From positions 159,563-223,562 of the forward strand of contig LBWX01000001.1 of the NCBI GenBank assembly GCA_000995065.1: a stretch of 64,000 bases of DNA, in the 5' to 3' direction. A program made the translations under genes and the position numbers. The notes beneath the pieces were generated by a model, which searched no databases, was not told the DNA's origin, and saw nothing but the letters and a program-made list of their open reading frames with translations. This document shows positions 10,076 through 19,807 of the stretch, in pieces. Origin of the DNA: a candidate division CPR2 bacterium GW2011_GWC2_39_35. GTDB taxonomy: Bacteria; Patescibacteriota; CPR2. Numbering within the stretch: the first letter of the stretch is position 1; each line of letters begins with the position of its first letter.

Positions 10076-11125
10076 TGGTACAGGGTCTAGACATTTAGGA
10101 CACTAAAATCTAAGTTTGCTTTCTCATAGCCCTCTAAACTTTTAAGGTATTCAAGTGGTGTTTTGTTAGACAAAGATTCATGGGGTCTGTAAATATTGTA
10201 CTTAACACAGTTTTCTGTGTTCAACTTCTGTAGCTTCAATATATCACTAAAGCTATCTAGTTTTGAATACACTTCCCTTTGATCGGTTCGGTGGCTTCTC
10301 TCAACTCGTCCATTGATGTTGGGACTAGCTGGAGGGATGAGGATGTGATCAATGCCTAGCTTCTGTAATAGCTCATCTAGCGGATGAGTTCTTTTAATCT
10401 TTAGGAAGTGATTGTAGGTAAACTCCGTACCATTGTCTGTTTGGATAATCTCTGGTACAAAAGCCGGTAAAAAGAACCGCCTAGCCTTAAGAACAAAATC
10501 AACTGTGTTTAAGGGAGTGATATTGTCATAGATATATTTAAATTTAATTCTGGTAGCACAATCGATGATGGAATATTGATAGGCTTCTCTTTTTAGGTGC
10601 TTTACATCCAATTGAAGCCTTTCCCCCGGATAGTAGGGATAATCCCAATAATTTCTACTTATGCGTTTCTTCTTGGGTTTTTTCTTAATTAACCCTAGCC
10701 TATGTAGGTTGTTGTTAATCCCTCGATCAGAAACCTTGATGCCATAATCTCTCTCCAGCACAAATTGGATCTTGGCTTTGCCCCAGTTATTCTCCTGTCT
10801 TAGTTTAATAATTAGTTCAATGATATCCTCATCATAGGACCTCGGGTTTGTTAAGGGTTTTTTGCTTTTGTCGTAGAGGCTCTTTTGACTTTTACCTGAT
10901 TCAACCCATCTTTTGTGCCAGTAGTAATATGTACTTCTTTCAATACCATAATATTTACAAGCTGCTTTAGCCGATCCTAATTCCTTGGCTTTTTCAAACC
11001 AAGCGAGCCGGAGCCTAGCTCCGTAAATGGTTAATTGTTTCTGGGTCATCTTGTATCTCACTTTTAGTCCTCTCTATTGTTTAATATTCTACTAAAAGTG
11101 TCCAACATGTCTGTACCCTGTATAA
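10076..11125 (-). mobile_element. IS481-family insertion sequence
   Basis: ~29-bp imperfect terminal IRs (TACAGGGT..AGACAT.T.GGACACT) and a 12-13 bp TSD TGAATCCGATTA(T) at 10064 and 11126. Confidence 0.88.
10087..11061 (-). CDS. IS481-family DDE transposase
   Basis: N-terminal HTH, QLDVK, IIDCATR, IQTDNGTEF, NGRVERSHRT, YN..RPH.SL...TP. Confidence 0.92.
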   Translation of the reverse strand: MRYKMTQKQLTIYGARLRLAWFEKAKELGSAKAACKYYGIERSTYYYWHKRWVESGKSQKSLYDKSKKPLTNPRSYDEDIIELIIKLRQENNWGKAKIQFVLERDYGIKVSDRGINNNLHRLGLIKKKPKKKRISRNYWDYPYYPGERLQLDVKHLKREAYQYSIIDCATRIKFKYIYDNITPLNTVDFVLKARRFFLPAFVPEIIQTDNGTEFTYNHFLKIKRTHPLDELLQKLGIDHILIPPASPNINGRVERSHRTDQREVYSKLDSFSDILKLQKLNTENCVKYNIYRPHESLSNKTPLEYLKSLEGYEKANLDFSVLNV

Positions 11126-11720
11126 TGAATCCGATTATCTACTTGACGTTCAGAAAAGGTTTGCACTAAAGAGTTAAATGACTGTCTAGGGCTAAAGGGG
11201 AGTTCAAAAGATCTTTTCCCAGTTGCAAATTCAGTGTTCTTTGGCACACTTGCACCATTTGTAAACACGCCTGGCCTGTCTAAAACATTTGTTGTACTTG
11301 TTTCCATTGCAAACTCCTTACTATGGTTATATTCATAGTCTACTATGGGTATATCCACAGTGTCAAGGGGATAATTTGAGATCGTTTTAGTCTCGTTTAC
11401 CTGTTTCTTTAGCCCTGTTTTTAGCCTTTCCTTTCCCATGTCTTTTTCCTTTCTTTTAAAAAATGCGTGCTTTTGATACCAGACACAAATAGGTGAGGAA
11501 GCAAGCGTAGTCAAAACTGGAGCTCCCCACCGGAAGAACGAGTTTGACGACGCTTTCCTCGCCGTATAATCCAAACCCAAAAGCACTTCTTTTAGAAATT
11601 CCAAGTCTTAAAGAGTGTTATTAAAACGTTATGACTATGACCAAACTTAATTGAATCTTAAGCGATTTAAGAGTATAATGAAGCCAAAATTAAGCAATCG
11701 TTTTGGTTTAGGAGAATATA

Positions 11721-11954
11721 ATGGAAAAAGACGAAATCCTTGTTGCCGAGTTTACTGCTCCAGAATTAATGCTTGCTTGTCAGAAAGCTAAGGCAATTGT
11801 TACTGATATGGGCGGCGTACTTTCCCATGCTGCTATAGTTAGTAGAGAGTTAAAGATCCCTTGTGTTGTAGGTACTCATACAGCCACTAAAGCTTTAAAA
11901 AATGGCAATAAAATCTTAATTGACTTAAATTCTGGAACAGTTCAAAAGATTTAA
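11721..11954 (+). CDS. Stand-alone PEP-utilising enzyme mobile (phospho-His swivel) domain
   Basis: GGVLSHAAIVSRELKIPCVVG; AGGAGA RBS. Confidence 0.8.
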   Translation: MEKDEILVAEFTAPELMLACQKAKAIVTDMGGVLSHAAIVSRELKIPCVVGTHTATKALKNGNKILIDLNSGTVQKI

Positions 11955-12016
11955 ATTAAGTAAAATATTAAGAATCTAATCTCGAAGTTACTTCATGAAT
12001 AAAAACGAGGAATGAA

Positions 12017-12688
12017 ATGAATACAAATCCATATGCAAAAAGAATATTAATTTTCGGAGACTCAAATGTCTGGGGCGATATTCCGCTTCAAGTCGGAACT
12101 AGGCTACCTGCCAATGTTCGCTGGACAGGGGTTTTACAGAATATGCTTGGAAATGATTATGAAGTCATTGAAGAAGGTTTAATAGGCCGAACAACAAATG
12201 TTGATGATCCATTTCCAGGTTTTGAAGACAAAAACGGAAAAGATTATCTTTTTCCTTGTTTAAGGTCTCAAATTCCGCTTGATTATGTTATTTTACTTTT
12301 AGGAAGTAATGATTTTAAGAAAGTTTTTAACCGAACAGCAAAAGATGTTGCTAAAGGTATTGATGAGCTCTTAACGCTTACAGAAAAATACGCTGAAAGA
12401 GACGGGGTTAAAGCAAAAATTCTTTTAATATCTCCTACCTATATCAAACCGAAAATCGAAGAAGTAAAACCTCATTTTTCAGGCTCTCCTGAAAAATCAC
12501 TTGAGTTGGGAAAAGAATTAGAACAAGTAGCCAAAAAACATCAATGCGGATTTATTAACTTGGCAGAATTTATTGAACCAAGTGATCTTGATAGTATTCA
12601 TTTGGAACCTGAATCACATAAAATAGTGGCCCAAAAGGTTTTTGAATTTTTAAAGAAGTCGAGGAATAAGCATGAAGCTAAAAGATAA
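12017..12688 (+). CDS. SGNH/GDSL hydrolase
   Basis: FGDSN, EEGL.GRT, LGSND, DSIH. Confidence 0.9.
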   Translation: MNTNPYAKRILIFGDSNVWGDIPLQVGTRLPANVRWTGVLQNMLGNDYEVIEEGLIGRTTNVDDPFPGFEDKNGKDYLFPCLRSQIPLDYVILLLGSNDFKKVFNRTAKDVAKGIDELLTLTEKYAERDGVKAKILLISPTYIKPKIEEVKPHFSGSPEKSLELGKELEQVAKKHQCGFINLAEFIEPSDLDSIHLEPESHKIVAQKVFEFLKKSRNKHEAKR

Positions 12689-13394
12689 ATATGCAATTGT
12701 AACAGGAGCCTCGACAGGAATTGGCAGGGCTATTGCTGTCCAATTTGCCAAAGAAGGGGCTTTTGTGGCTTTGGTAGCAAGAAGAGAAGATAGGCTGAGT
12801 GAAACCAAAAGAATGATTGAAGAAAATGGCGGCAAGGCTAAAGTTTTCATTACTGATTTAAGCAACATTGAATCTGTAAATAAAATGATAGGTGAAATTA
12901 AAAGCGATACTATAAGAATAGATATTTTAGCAAACATTGCCGGTATTTGGCATGGCGAGGATGAGGTTTATGCAGATACCGATTTTGAAAAATTTAGCCA
13001 AAACGTAATTTTAGACACTTATGATGTTGGCATTACTGCTCCAACACTTTTAGCACACGCATTTATTCCTTTAATGCCTAAAAGGGGTAAAATATTAAAT
13101 TTATCTGGCACTTTTGAATCCGGAGCTAAGGGATGGCTGCCTTATTATGTTTCTAAAAAAGCTATCGAAGATTTAACTGTTGGTTTATCTCAAGAATTAA
13201 CTGACAAAGACATCCAAGTAAATTGTATTTCTCCTTCTGATACGGCAACCGAGGAATATAAAAAATACTTTCCCCAATACATTAAAGATGCCATTGAACC
13301 AGAAGAAATAGCTAAAGAAGCCGTCAGATTTTGTTCTTCTGAGAGCGATGATATTACTGGCACCATTAAAGTAATTAAAAAGATGGGGGTTTAA
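12672..13394 (+). CDS. Short-chain dehydrogenase/reductase
   Basis: TGASTGIG, NIAG, YYVSK. Confidence 0.9.
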   Translation: MKLKDKYAIVTGASTGIGRAIAVQFAKEGAFVALVARREDRLSETKRMIEENGGKAKVFITDLSNIESVNKMIGEIKSDTIRIDILANIAGIWHGEDEVYADTDFEKFSQNVILDTYDVGITAPTLLAHAFIPLMPKRGKILNLSGTFESGAKGWLPYYVSKKAIEDLTVGLSQELTDKDIQVNCISPSDTATEEYKKYFPQYIKDAIEPEEIAKEAVRFCSSESDDITGTIKVIKKMGV

Positions 13395-13395
13395 A

Positions 13396-14793
13396 ATGAA
13401 TAAACTAATCTCAACCAATCCTGCCGATAACTACACCAAAGTTGGTGAAGTAGAAATTTCAACCGATGAAGAAATTAAGGAAAAAGTTGCTAAAGCCAAT
13501 GCAGTTAAGACTATTTGGAAAGAACTTGGCGTTGATGGAAGGGTTAAACTACTAGAGCCAATTCGTGATGAATTTAAGACTCGAACTAATGAAATTGCTG
13601 AGCTAATTAGTTTAGAAACAGGCAAAGCAATCACAGAAAGTATATCCGAAGTAACTCGTTACGCTGAGGAGTTAACTTGGTTTTTAGAAAATGGTCCCAA
13701 AGCTTTAGCAGATGAAATAACACTAGAGGATAGTGAATCCTTGCATAGAATTAAGTACGAACCTTACGGCGTAGCAGCAGCCATTGCTCCTTGGAATTTT
13801 CCATTTGGAATGATGGTTTGGGGAGTTTTTCCAAATTTAGTTGCCGGTAATACTGTAGTTTTTAAAACCTCAGAGGAATCACCACTAACGGGTAAGTTAA
13901 TTGAAGAGATAATGTTAAGCCACAATCTACCGGAAGGTGTTTTTGCCGAAGTTTACGGTGCTGGTGATGTTGGCAAGAAACTCACAGAAAGTGATATTAA
14001 CTTAATTTGGTTTACGGGTAGCACCAGAACCGGAAAAGCGTTATACAAAACAGCAGCCGAGAAGTTTATCAAAGCTGTTCTTGAAATGGGAGGCTCCAAC
14101 CCTTGCGCTGTTTTTGAGGATGTTGATGTTTCCAAAACTGCTCCTGTCATATTCAATGGACGATACCGAAATAATGGTCAGGTATGCAGTGCTCTTAAAA
14201 GACTAATTGTACATGAAAACATTGCTGATGAACTTATATCTGAGCTTAAGAAAATCATTGAAAGCCAAAAGGTAGGAAATCCTCTTGATCCGCAGACTAA
14301 TTTAGGGAGTTTAGTCGCCAAAAGACAAAAAAACCTACTTGAAGAACAACTTAAAGATGCCTTAGACAAAGGCGCTAAAATAGCTGCCCAAACTAAACTC
14401 CCCGAAGGTTTAAAAGGTGCTTTCTTTGCTCCTACCTTACTGACTGATATTACTAAAGATATGAGAGTTTGGCATGAAGAAGTCTTTGGCCCCATTTTTC
14501 CATTAGTAACATTTAAGACAGAAGAAGAAGCCATAGAATTAGCTAATGATACTATCTATGGTCTCGGGGCAAGGGTAATGTCGGCTGATAAACATCGAGC
14601 TGACAGGGTGGCATCCAAAATAGATGCCGGTTCGGTAGCAATAAATACCGAATCAAGGTTTTGTCCTTGTGATCCTTTTGGTGGCTTTAAAAATTCTGGT
14701 CTAGGGCGTGAGCGTGGGTATGCCGGTCTTCAGGAGCTATGCCAGATTAAGGTTATTCAAGCATCAAATGATACTATATATACTGAGGCATAA
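13396..14793 (+). CDS. NAD(P)-dependent aldehyde dehydrogenase
   Basis: PWNFP, FTGS, LEMGG, GQVC, EEVFGP. Confidence 0.93.
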   Translation: MNKLISTNPADNYTKVGEVEISTDEEIKEKVAKANAVKTIWKELGVDGRVKLLEPIRDEFKTRTNEIAELISLETGKAITESISEVTRYAEELTWFLENGPKALADEITLEDSESLHRIKYEPYGVAAAIAPWNFPFGMMVWGVFPNLVAGNTVVFKTSEESPLTGKLIEEIMLSHNLPEGVFAEVYGAGDVGKKLTESDINLIWFTGSTRTGKALYKTAAEKFIKAVLEMGGSNPCAVFEDVDVSKTAPVIFNGRYRNNGQVCSALKRLIVHENIADELISELKKIIESQKVGNPLDPQTNLGSLVAKRQKNLLEEQLKDALDKGAKIAAQTKLPEGLKGAFFAPTLLTDITKDMRVWHEEVFGPIFPLVTFKTEEEAIELANDTIYGLGARVMSADKHRADRVASKIDAGSVAINTESRFCPCDPFGGFKNSGLGRERGYAGLQELCQIKVIQASNDTIYTEA

Positions 14794-14795
14794 AT

Positions 14796-15554
14796 ATGGT
14801 AAACGCATCAAAAACTATCGGAATAATTGACTTTAATCCAGATCAAAACCCTGATCGAAGGCAATATGTAAAACGGATTAGTGCTTTACTTTCTGGCAAT
14901 GTAAGTGGTGAAGGCATATTCTTTAGGGAAGTAGACGATTTAAATAAATATGATGCTCTTATTCTATCGGGCTCTAAGCTTATCTCTAAACATTATCAAG
15001 AAATGGTTAGATCAGGGCAAGGATTGGAAGGTGATTATATTTGGATTGATAGGGCAGTTCAAGAAATAGCCAATTTTAAGGGGCCAATTTTTGGTATTTG
15101 CTTTGGTTCTCAAATCTTAGCACATATATTTGGTGGTGAAATCGGAAGGTTGGATAAAACCGAGGCTGGATATTTGCTTCACGAACTAACAGATGTAGGA
15201 TTAAATGATCCTATTTTTGGAAAGTTAGGTAAAACTTTCTGGGCTTCCCATTACCATATTAACTATGTCAAAACTTTACCTGATAATCCAAATTTAGCGT
15301 CAGATGTTCTTGCAACCAGAAATGGATATATCCATGCCTTTCGAATAAAAACTGCTTCTGGCGTAACTCACTATGGAACCCAACCCCATCCAGAAATGTC
15401 TAACCCAAAAGATGCTGTTTTCCTTGTCGAGGTAAATAAGGAACGGCTAATTGAAGATATTGGCGTTGAGGAATGTAATAAAGCTTTAGAAATTCCAAGT
15501 AATGCTAGTTTTGAATTTCAGAATGTAATTAAAGAGTTTGTAAAAAGAATATAA
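14796..15554 (+). CDS. Class I glutamine amidotransferase-like protein
   Basis: GICFGSQ nucleophile elbow and QPHPE. Confidence 0.85.
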   Translation: MVNASKTIGIIDFNPDQNPDRRQYVKRISALLSGNVSGEGIFFREVDDLNKYDALILSGSKLISKHYQEMVRSGQGLEGDYIWIDRAVQEIANFKGPIFGICFGSQILAHIFGGEIGRLDKTEAGYLLHELTDVGLNDPIFGKLGKTFWASHYHINYVKTLPDNPNLASDVLATRNGYIHAFRIKTASGVTHYGTQPHPEMSNPKDAVFLVEVNKERLIEDIGVEECNKALEIPSNASFEFQNVIKEFVKRI

Positions 15555-15563
15555 AGGAATAAT

Positions 15564-16151
15564 ATGGACGAAACACAAAGAATAATCGATTTTATACACT
15601 ATGCAGAGAAGCTGAAAACAGAACTAAGAAAAGCTTTTAAAAGTGATGAGAGCCGAGAAAGTGTAGCTGAACACACTTGGCGAGTTTCTTTAATGCTACT
15701 TTTGATAGTGCCTAAACTAAAAATAGAGGTTGATTTTCTAAAGATTCTTAAGATGGCGATTATTCATGACTTAGCTGAAATTGAAGCAAAGGATGTGCCA
15801 GTATTAGAATCTATAAACAACCATGAAAGGCTAAGCATAAAAGAAGAACAAGAGTTGGCAGCAATGAATAATATTAGAGCAATGCCGGGAGCTGATGGAC
15901 AAGAAATTTATGATCTATGGTCAGAGTATGAGGAACAAAAAACCAATGAAGCCAGGGCTTTAAAAGCTATTGATAGACTTGAAGGGCAGTTTCAATTCTT
16001 GAGCGAAAATGTAACTACTTTTACCGAACAAGACCAAGAAGCAATTAAGAAATTATTAGAAGAAACTACCAAACTATCTAAAATTGATCCATTTATCACT
16101 AGGCTAGACGAATTAACAATGGAAGATAGGCAAAATAGGATTAAATTCTAA
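15564..16151 (+). CDS. HD-domain hydrolase (YfbR/HDDC2-like)
   Basis: ESVAEHTWR, IIHDLAE, KAIDRLE. Confidence 0.88.
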   Translation: MDETQRIIDFIHYAEKLKTELRKAFKSDESRESVAEHTWRVSLMLLLIVPKLKIEVDFLKILKMAIIHDLAEIEAKDVPVLESINNHERLSIKEEQELAAMNNIRAMPGADGQEIYDLWSEYEEQKTNEARALKAIDRLEGQFQFLSENVTTFTEQDQEAIKKLLEETTKLSKIDPFITRLDELTMEDRQNRIKF

Positions 16152-16153
16152 GA

Positions 16154-16903
16154 GTGGTAACGATGAAAGATGAAATTTCAACAAAAAAAGCTCTTGGCAT
16201 TTTGGCAAAAACTTTGCCACAAATTATTTATACTACTATTCTTGGCCTTACCCAAGTCAACCCTGTATGGTCAATTCTTTTTTACACCGGATTAGGAATG
16301 GTTAATGCCTGGGGATCCTTCGGCCAGGTTAGAATCAATGAGTTAGTTACATTTATAGATAAACATAGAGATCAGTTCCTTCCAGATATTATTAAGAGTG
16401 AGAAATTTAAATCTATCTTTCTAAATATCTTAGATGCTTATTTTAAAGAAACATTAGAAGAAAAAAGAAAGTTGCTAAGAAATTATTTATTAAATGTCGG
16501 AAAAGGTATAGAGAAAGACTTTGATTATCATACAAAATTAATGACCGTTTTGAATCAGATCACGTTTGATGAGCTTAAGGTTATCTCAATTTGGAACGGT
16601 AAATTGCAGGATAAGTTTGTTGAGAAAAATTCAGAAATTGGCTACACAAGGGATAATATTGAAGAAAAAATGACAAATCTTAATGCGGGACAAATCGCAT
16701 GGGCGTTAGGAAGAGAGGAAAAAGGTCAAAAAATTATGAGAAATATCAATTTTCTTGTGAAATCACTGGGTAATTACGGACTTTTAGATGTGAGAGAGTC
16801 TACACCAGTTATATTTGACAGTGAAAATAATAACTCTACTGTTGTTGTAGATGGAATAAGTGATTTCGGTAAAGCATTCCTAGGCTTTTTAAAGGAGGAC
16901 TAA
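16154..16903 (+). CDS. Hypothetical helical protein
   Basis: 249-aa ORF coupled to its neighbours; no motif recognised with confidence. Confidence 0.6.
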   Translation: MVTMKDEISTKKALGILAKTLPQIIYTTILGLTQVNPVWSILFYTGLGMVNAWGSFGQVRINELVTFIDKHRDQFLPDIIKSEKFKSIFLNILDAYFKETLEEKRKLLRNYLLNVGKGIEKDFDYHTKLMTVLNQITFDELKVISIWNGKLQDKFVEKNSEIGYTRDNIEEKMTNLNAGQIAWALGREEKGQKIMRNINFLVKSLGNYGLLDVRESTPVIFDSENNNSTVVVDGISDFGKAFLGFLKED

Positions 16904-17263
16904 ATGGCAGAGATCGGAACAATTCAAAGATTTAGAGCTTCTCATGGGAAAGATAACCATGAGCATGATTTTAAAGTTGTAGTGGTTCTAGGTGGGCCAA
17001 TCGATAACGATACAGGGTATGTTTCTGGTGTTGATCATCATGACCTTATTGATAAATTAAAACAAATTCTGGGAAAGCTTGAGGATCAGAATTTAAATCA
17101 AATCCTCAAGGATGATGGTTCAAAATCCTCTGGTATGGAATCTATTGCTACTTATGTTCTTAAAAGATTGTTACCCGATTTACCCTCTTTAAAACTGGTA
17201 AAAGTTTGGGAAACAGATGATAGATATGCAATTATCTATCCAGGGGATATTGGAAATGTCTAA
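16904..17263 (+). CDS. QueD/PTPS-like T-fold protein
   Basis: F.ASH..HEHDF.V, L...LN, E.IA, VKVWET. Confidence 0.75.
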   Translation: MAEIGTIQRFRASHGKDNHEHDFKVVVVLGGPIDNDTGYVSGVDHHDLIDKLKQILGKLEDQNLNQILKDDGSKSSGMESIATYVLKRLLPDLPSLKLVKVWETDDRYAIIYPGDIGNV

Positions 17264-17705
17264 TCAAACTAAAAAGCAAACATCAATCATAATTGGATTA
17301 AAGGATAACAAAGTTCTCTTGGGTATGAAAAAGAGAGGTTTTGGCGAAGGTTATTGGAATGGTTTTGGCGGTAAAAGAAACAAAAGTGAAACCATGACCG
17401 AAGCTGCTCTTAGGGAAATTGAAGAAGAAGCAGGAATTATTCCCACCGACTTAAAAGAAGTTGGAATAATTGAATTTGATACTTTTACGACTCATATTTA
17501 TACCTTTTCCAACTATGAGGGAAAATTAACCGAATCCGAAGAAATGAAACCAAAGTGGTTTAATAATAATAGTCTCCCTTATGACAAAATGTGGGAAGGC
17601 GATAATATTTGGTTTCCCTTAGTTTTAGATGGCAAATGTTTTGATGCCGAATTTATATTTGAAGGTAAAAATTTAACCGAATGTCATATAAAGGTTAGGA
17701 AATAG
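17256..17705 (+). CDS. NUDIX hydrolase, MTH1/8-oxo-dGTPase-like
   Basis: GMKKRGFG.G.WNGFGGK, REIEEEAG, EEMKPKWF, MW.GD..W; ATG at 17256 overlaps the upstream stop. Confidence 0.88.
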   Translation: MSNQTKKQTSIIIGLKDNKVLLGMKKRGFGEGYWNGFGGKRNKSETMTEAALREIEEEAGIIPTDLKEVGIIEFDTFTTHIYTFSNYEGKLTESEEMKPKWFNNNSLPYDKMWEGDNIWFPLVLDGKCFDAEFIFEGKNLTECHIKVRK

Positions 17706-17848
17706 AGATTGAACACAAATATTGTTCTAAATGACTTTAAATAAATCCTAAAGTTAGCATCAATTTTGACAGCCATAGATTATGGTCCGATAAAAAAGTT
17801 ACCCTTTTTTAAAAAGATAAGTTAAAATTAAGTGGTTTGGAGAACTAA

Positions 17849-18220
17849 ATGAAGTACAAATACACGGCTCAAGAAGCCAAACATATCAATAAATATGGTG
17901 CCGATTTAACTGTTTTCGGCCAAGTTGCGCCAACTGCAAGTATTGTTCGTATTTCGGTTGAAGAAGGGCATTTTGAAGAGTTTAAGCATGATGAAAGCAC
18001 TTTTATTTACTATGTTATCAAGGGTAATGGCATCTTTGTTCTTAATGATGAACAAGTGGAGGTTAAGGCTACGGACTTGATAGCAATCCCACCAAAAACC
18101 CGAATTCATTATTTTGGAAAAATGGAAATGCTGCTTGTGGTAACTCCTGCCTTTGACCCAAACAAAGAAGGCCACGTTCGGATGATCGGCAAAGAAGAAA
18201 ATCCATTAAAAAGAAGATAG
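17849..18220 (+). CDS. Cupin-domain protein
   Basis: H..STFIYYVIKG.G, IPPKTRIH. Confidence 0.75.
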   Translation: MKYKYTAQEAKHINKYGADLTVFGQVAPTASIVRISVEEGHFEEFKHDESTFIYYVIKGNGIFVLNDEQVEVKATDLIAIPPKTRIHYFGKMEMLLVVTPAFDPNKEGHVRMIGKEENPLKRR

Positions 18221-18313
18221 TGCCCATTTTAACCCGAGCATCTTGTTCTAAGAAGTATAATTCGCTATTTTTGTTTTTATCGCTTAAAATAAAATTGATT
18301 AAGATTAGGATAT

Positions 18314-18835
18314 ATGAAATTTGTCGATACTAACCTCAAAGTACCTTTGGTACTGAAAACAGAAAGCTTTACTCTTAGGCCGTTGTCTCCGAAATATACA
18401 GAAATGGATTATAAGGCTATTATGTCTAACTTGGAACATCTGCAGGGCACCTTTGGTCCTTCCATAAAATGGCCGACAGCCGATCTTACGTTAGAAGAAA
18501 ACCAGTATGACTTGGAATTTCATCATGACCTTTTTATGAAGAGAGAAGAGTTTAGTTATATTGTTCTTGATCCGAAAGAGAAGTATTCAAAAGGTTGTGT
18601 GTACTTAGTTCCTTTGCTGCATCCGGATTATGACGTTTTAGTTTATTCTTGGGTTACCGCCAAAGAGGCAAAAAAGAATTTTCATCCTGTTCTAATTAAA
18701 ACTATTAAAGAGTGGTTACAAACATCCTGGCCGTTTAAAAAACCAGTTTTCCCCGGAATAACCATCTCTTGGGATGAATGGGATAAATGTCTGGGAGCAA
18801 ATGCAAATAATCCTACTCTCAAAACCCAAAATTAG
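18314..18835 (+). CDS. GNAT/RimJ-like acetyltransferase-fold protein
   Basis: F.LRPL...DY.A..S...WP...TLEEN..DL..H, GCVY, W....WPF. Confidence 0.7.
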   Translation: MKFVDTNLKVPLVLKTESFTLRPLSPKYTEMDYKAIMSNLEHLQGTFGPSIKWPTADLTLEENQYDLEFHHDLFMKREEFSYIVLDPKEKYSKGCVYLVPLLHPDYDVLVYSWVTAKEAKKNFHPVLIKTIKEWLQTSWPFKKPVFPGITISWDEWDKCLGANANNPTLKTQN

Positions 18836-18962
18836 CAAAACCTAATTTTAATAAGAAATTACTCTAACTAGAAAACCAAGTGGTTTCGGACATTCTTTTC
18901 ATAAGTCTACTAATGCTATTATCCTGTTATTTAGTAGTGAAATGTGGTATATTATCAGCAAT

Positions 18963-19190
18963 ATGACAAACGATAATAATGAGACAATCCGAAAAGAATT
19001 GGGTGAGAAAATAAAAAAGGCTAGAGAAAAAGCCGGACTAACCCAATCAGAAGTAGCTGCTGCCGCAGATATTAATGTTAGTTATTATGCTCAAATCGAA
19101 AGGGGGGAAGTAAACCCCTCATTTGAAAAACTTCACAGTATTACAAAAGTCCTTAAATTAAAGTCGTTTGATATTCTTAAAAAGAGTTGA
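18963..19190 (+). CDS. XRE-family HTH regulator
   Basis: LG.KIKKARE..GLTQ.EVA...I...Y...IERG..NPS. Confidence 0.88.
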   Translation: MTNDNNETIRKELGEKIKKAREKAGLTQSEVAAAADINVSYYAQIERGEVNPSFEKLHSITKVLKLKSFDILKKS

Positions 19191-19191
19191 T

Positions 19192-19704
19192 ATGATTTGC
19201 AATAATGTTAACAATATTAGTTTTATTGGTATGGCTGGAGTCGGTAAAAGTTATTTCAGTAATAAGCTAATTAACTTCGGATATGAACACATTAAAGTAG
19301 ATGAACTTATTACCAATTTAGCCAACCTGAAGGGTGTCAACAAAGAAACGATTTCTGACAGTGAGTTTATAAAACTCGAGGAGCAAGCCATTCTTAACTT
19401 AAAAGAAGTATCCGAATCGGCAATTGATACCGGAGGCAGTGTTATATACTCTAATGAGGCTATGGAGTTACTTAAAGAAATTTCAGTTGTAGTATATCTT
19501 AAAGATTCCTTGGAAAACATTAAAAAGAGATTTGATGTCAGAGGCGAACCTCATTTGATCGGAATTGAAGGCAAGACCTTCGAAGAATTATTTCAAGAAA
19601 GATCTGAACAATACCAAAAATATGCAGACGTTATAATAGATGTTACAAAGATAAGCGATATTGAAGAAATTCTTTCAATAATCGGATCAAAGTCCCAAAA
19701 ATAG
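19192..19704 (+). CDS. Shikimate kinase-like P-loop kinase
   Basis: GMAGVGKS, DTGGS, ER...Y..YAD. Confidence 0.8.
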   Translation: MICNNVNNISFIGMAGVGKSYFSNKLINFGYEHIKVDELITNLANLKGVNKETISDSEFIKLEEQAILNLKEVSESAIDTGGSVIYSNEAMELLKEISVVVYLKDSLENIKKRFDVRGEPHLIGIEGKTFEELFQERSEQYQKYADVIIDVTKISDIEEILSIIGSKSQK

Positions 19705-19807
19705 AAATTCCACAGCTGCAACCACTAACTATGTAACTTCCTTAAAAGCTCTCATTATCCTATCAACCCACTCTAAAAAGAGTTCGAAAGAAAGTGCATC
19801 CAGGCAG

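Larger units (their letters stand above)
9901..11307 (-). pseudogene. ~114-aa recombinase-coupled small gene split by the IS (pieces 11307-11126 and 10063-9901)
   Basis: AGGAG RBS before ATG 11307; removing the IS and one TSD restores the frame ...VDNRI-QKARTIMGE...WLNEYERQVFNNKTLKELIREG*; its TAA abuts the recombinase ATG. Confidence 0.8.

Noticed and set aside
11092-11604. 170-aa ORF as a full gene
   Set aside because: Better start at ATG 11307 with an RBS; the 3' end is IS-derived
12017-19704. Integron cassette array
   Set aside because: Genes overlap or abut, no attC sites were seen and there is no tyrosine integrase
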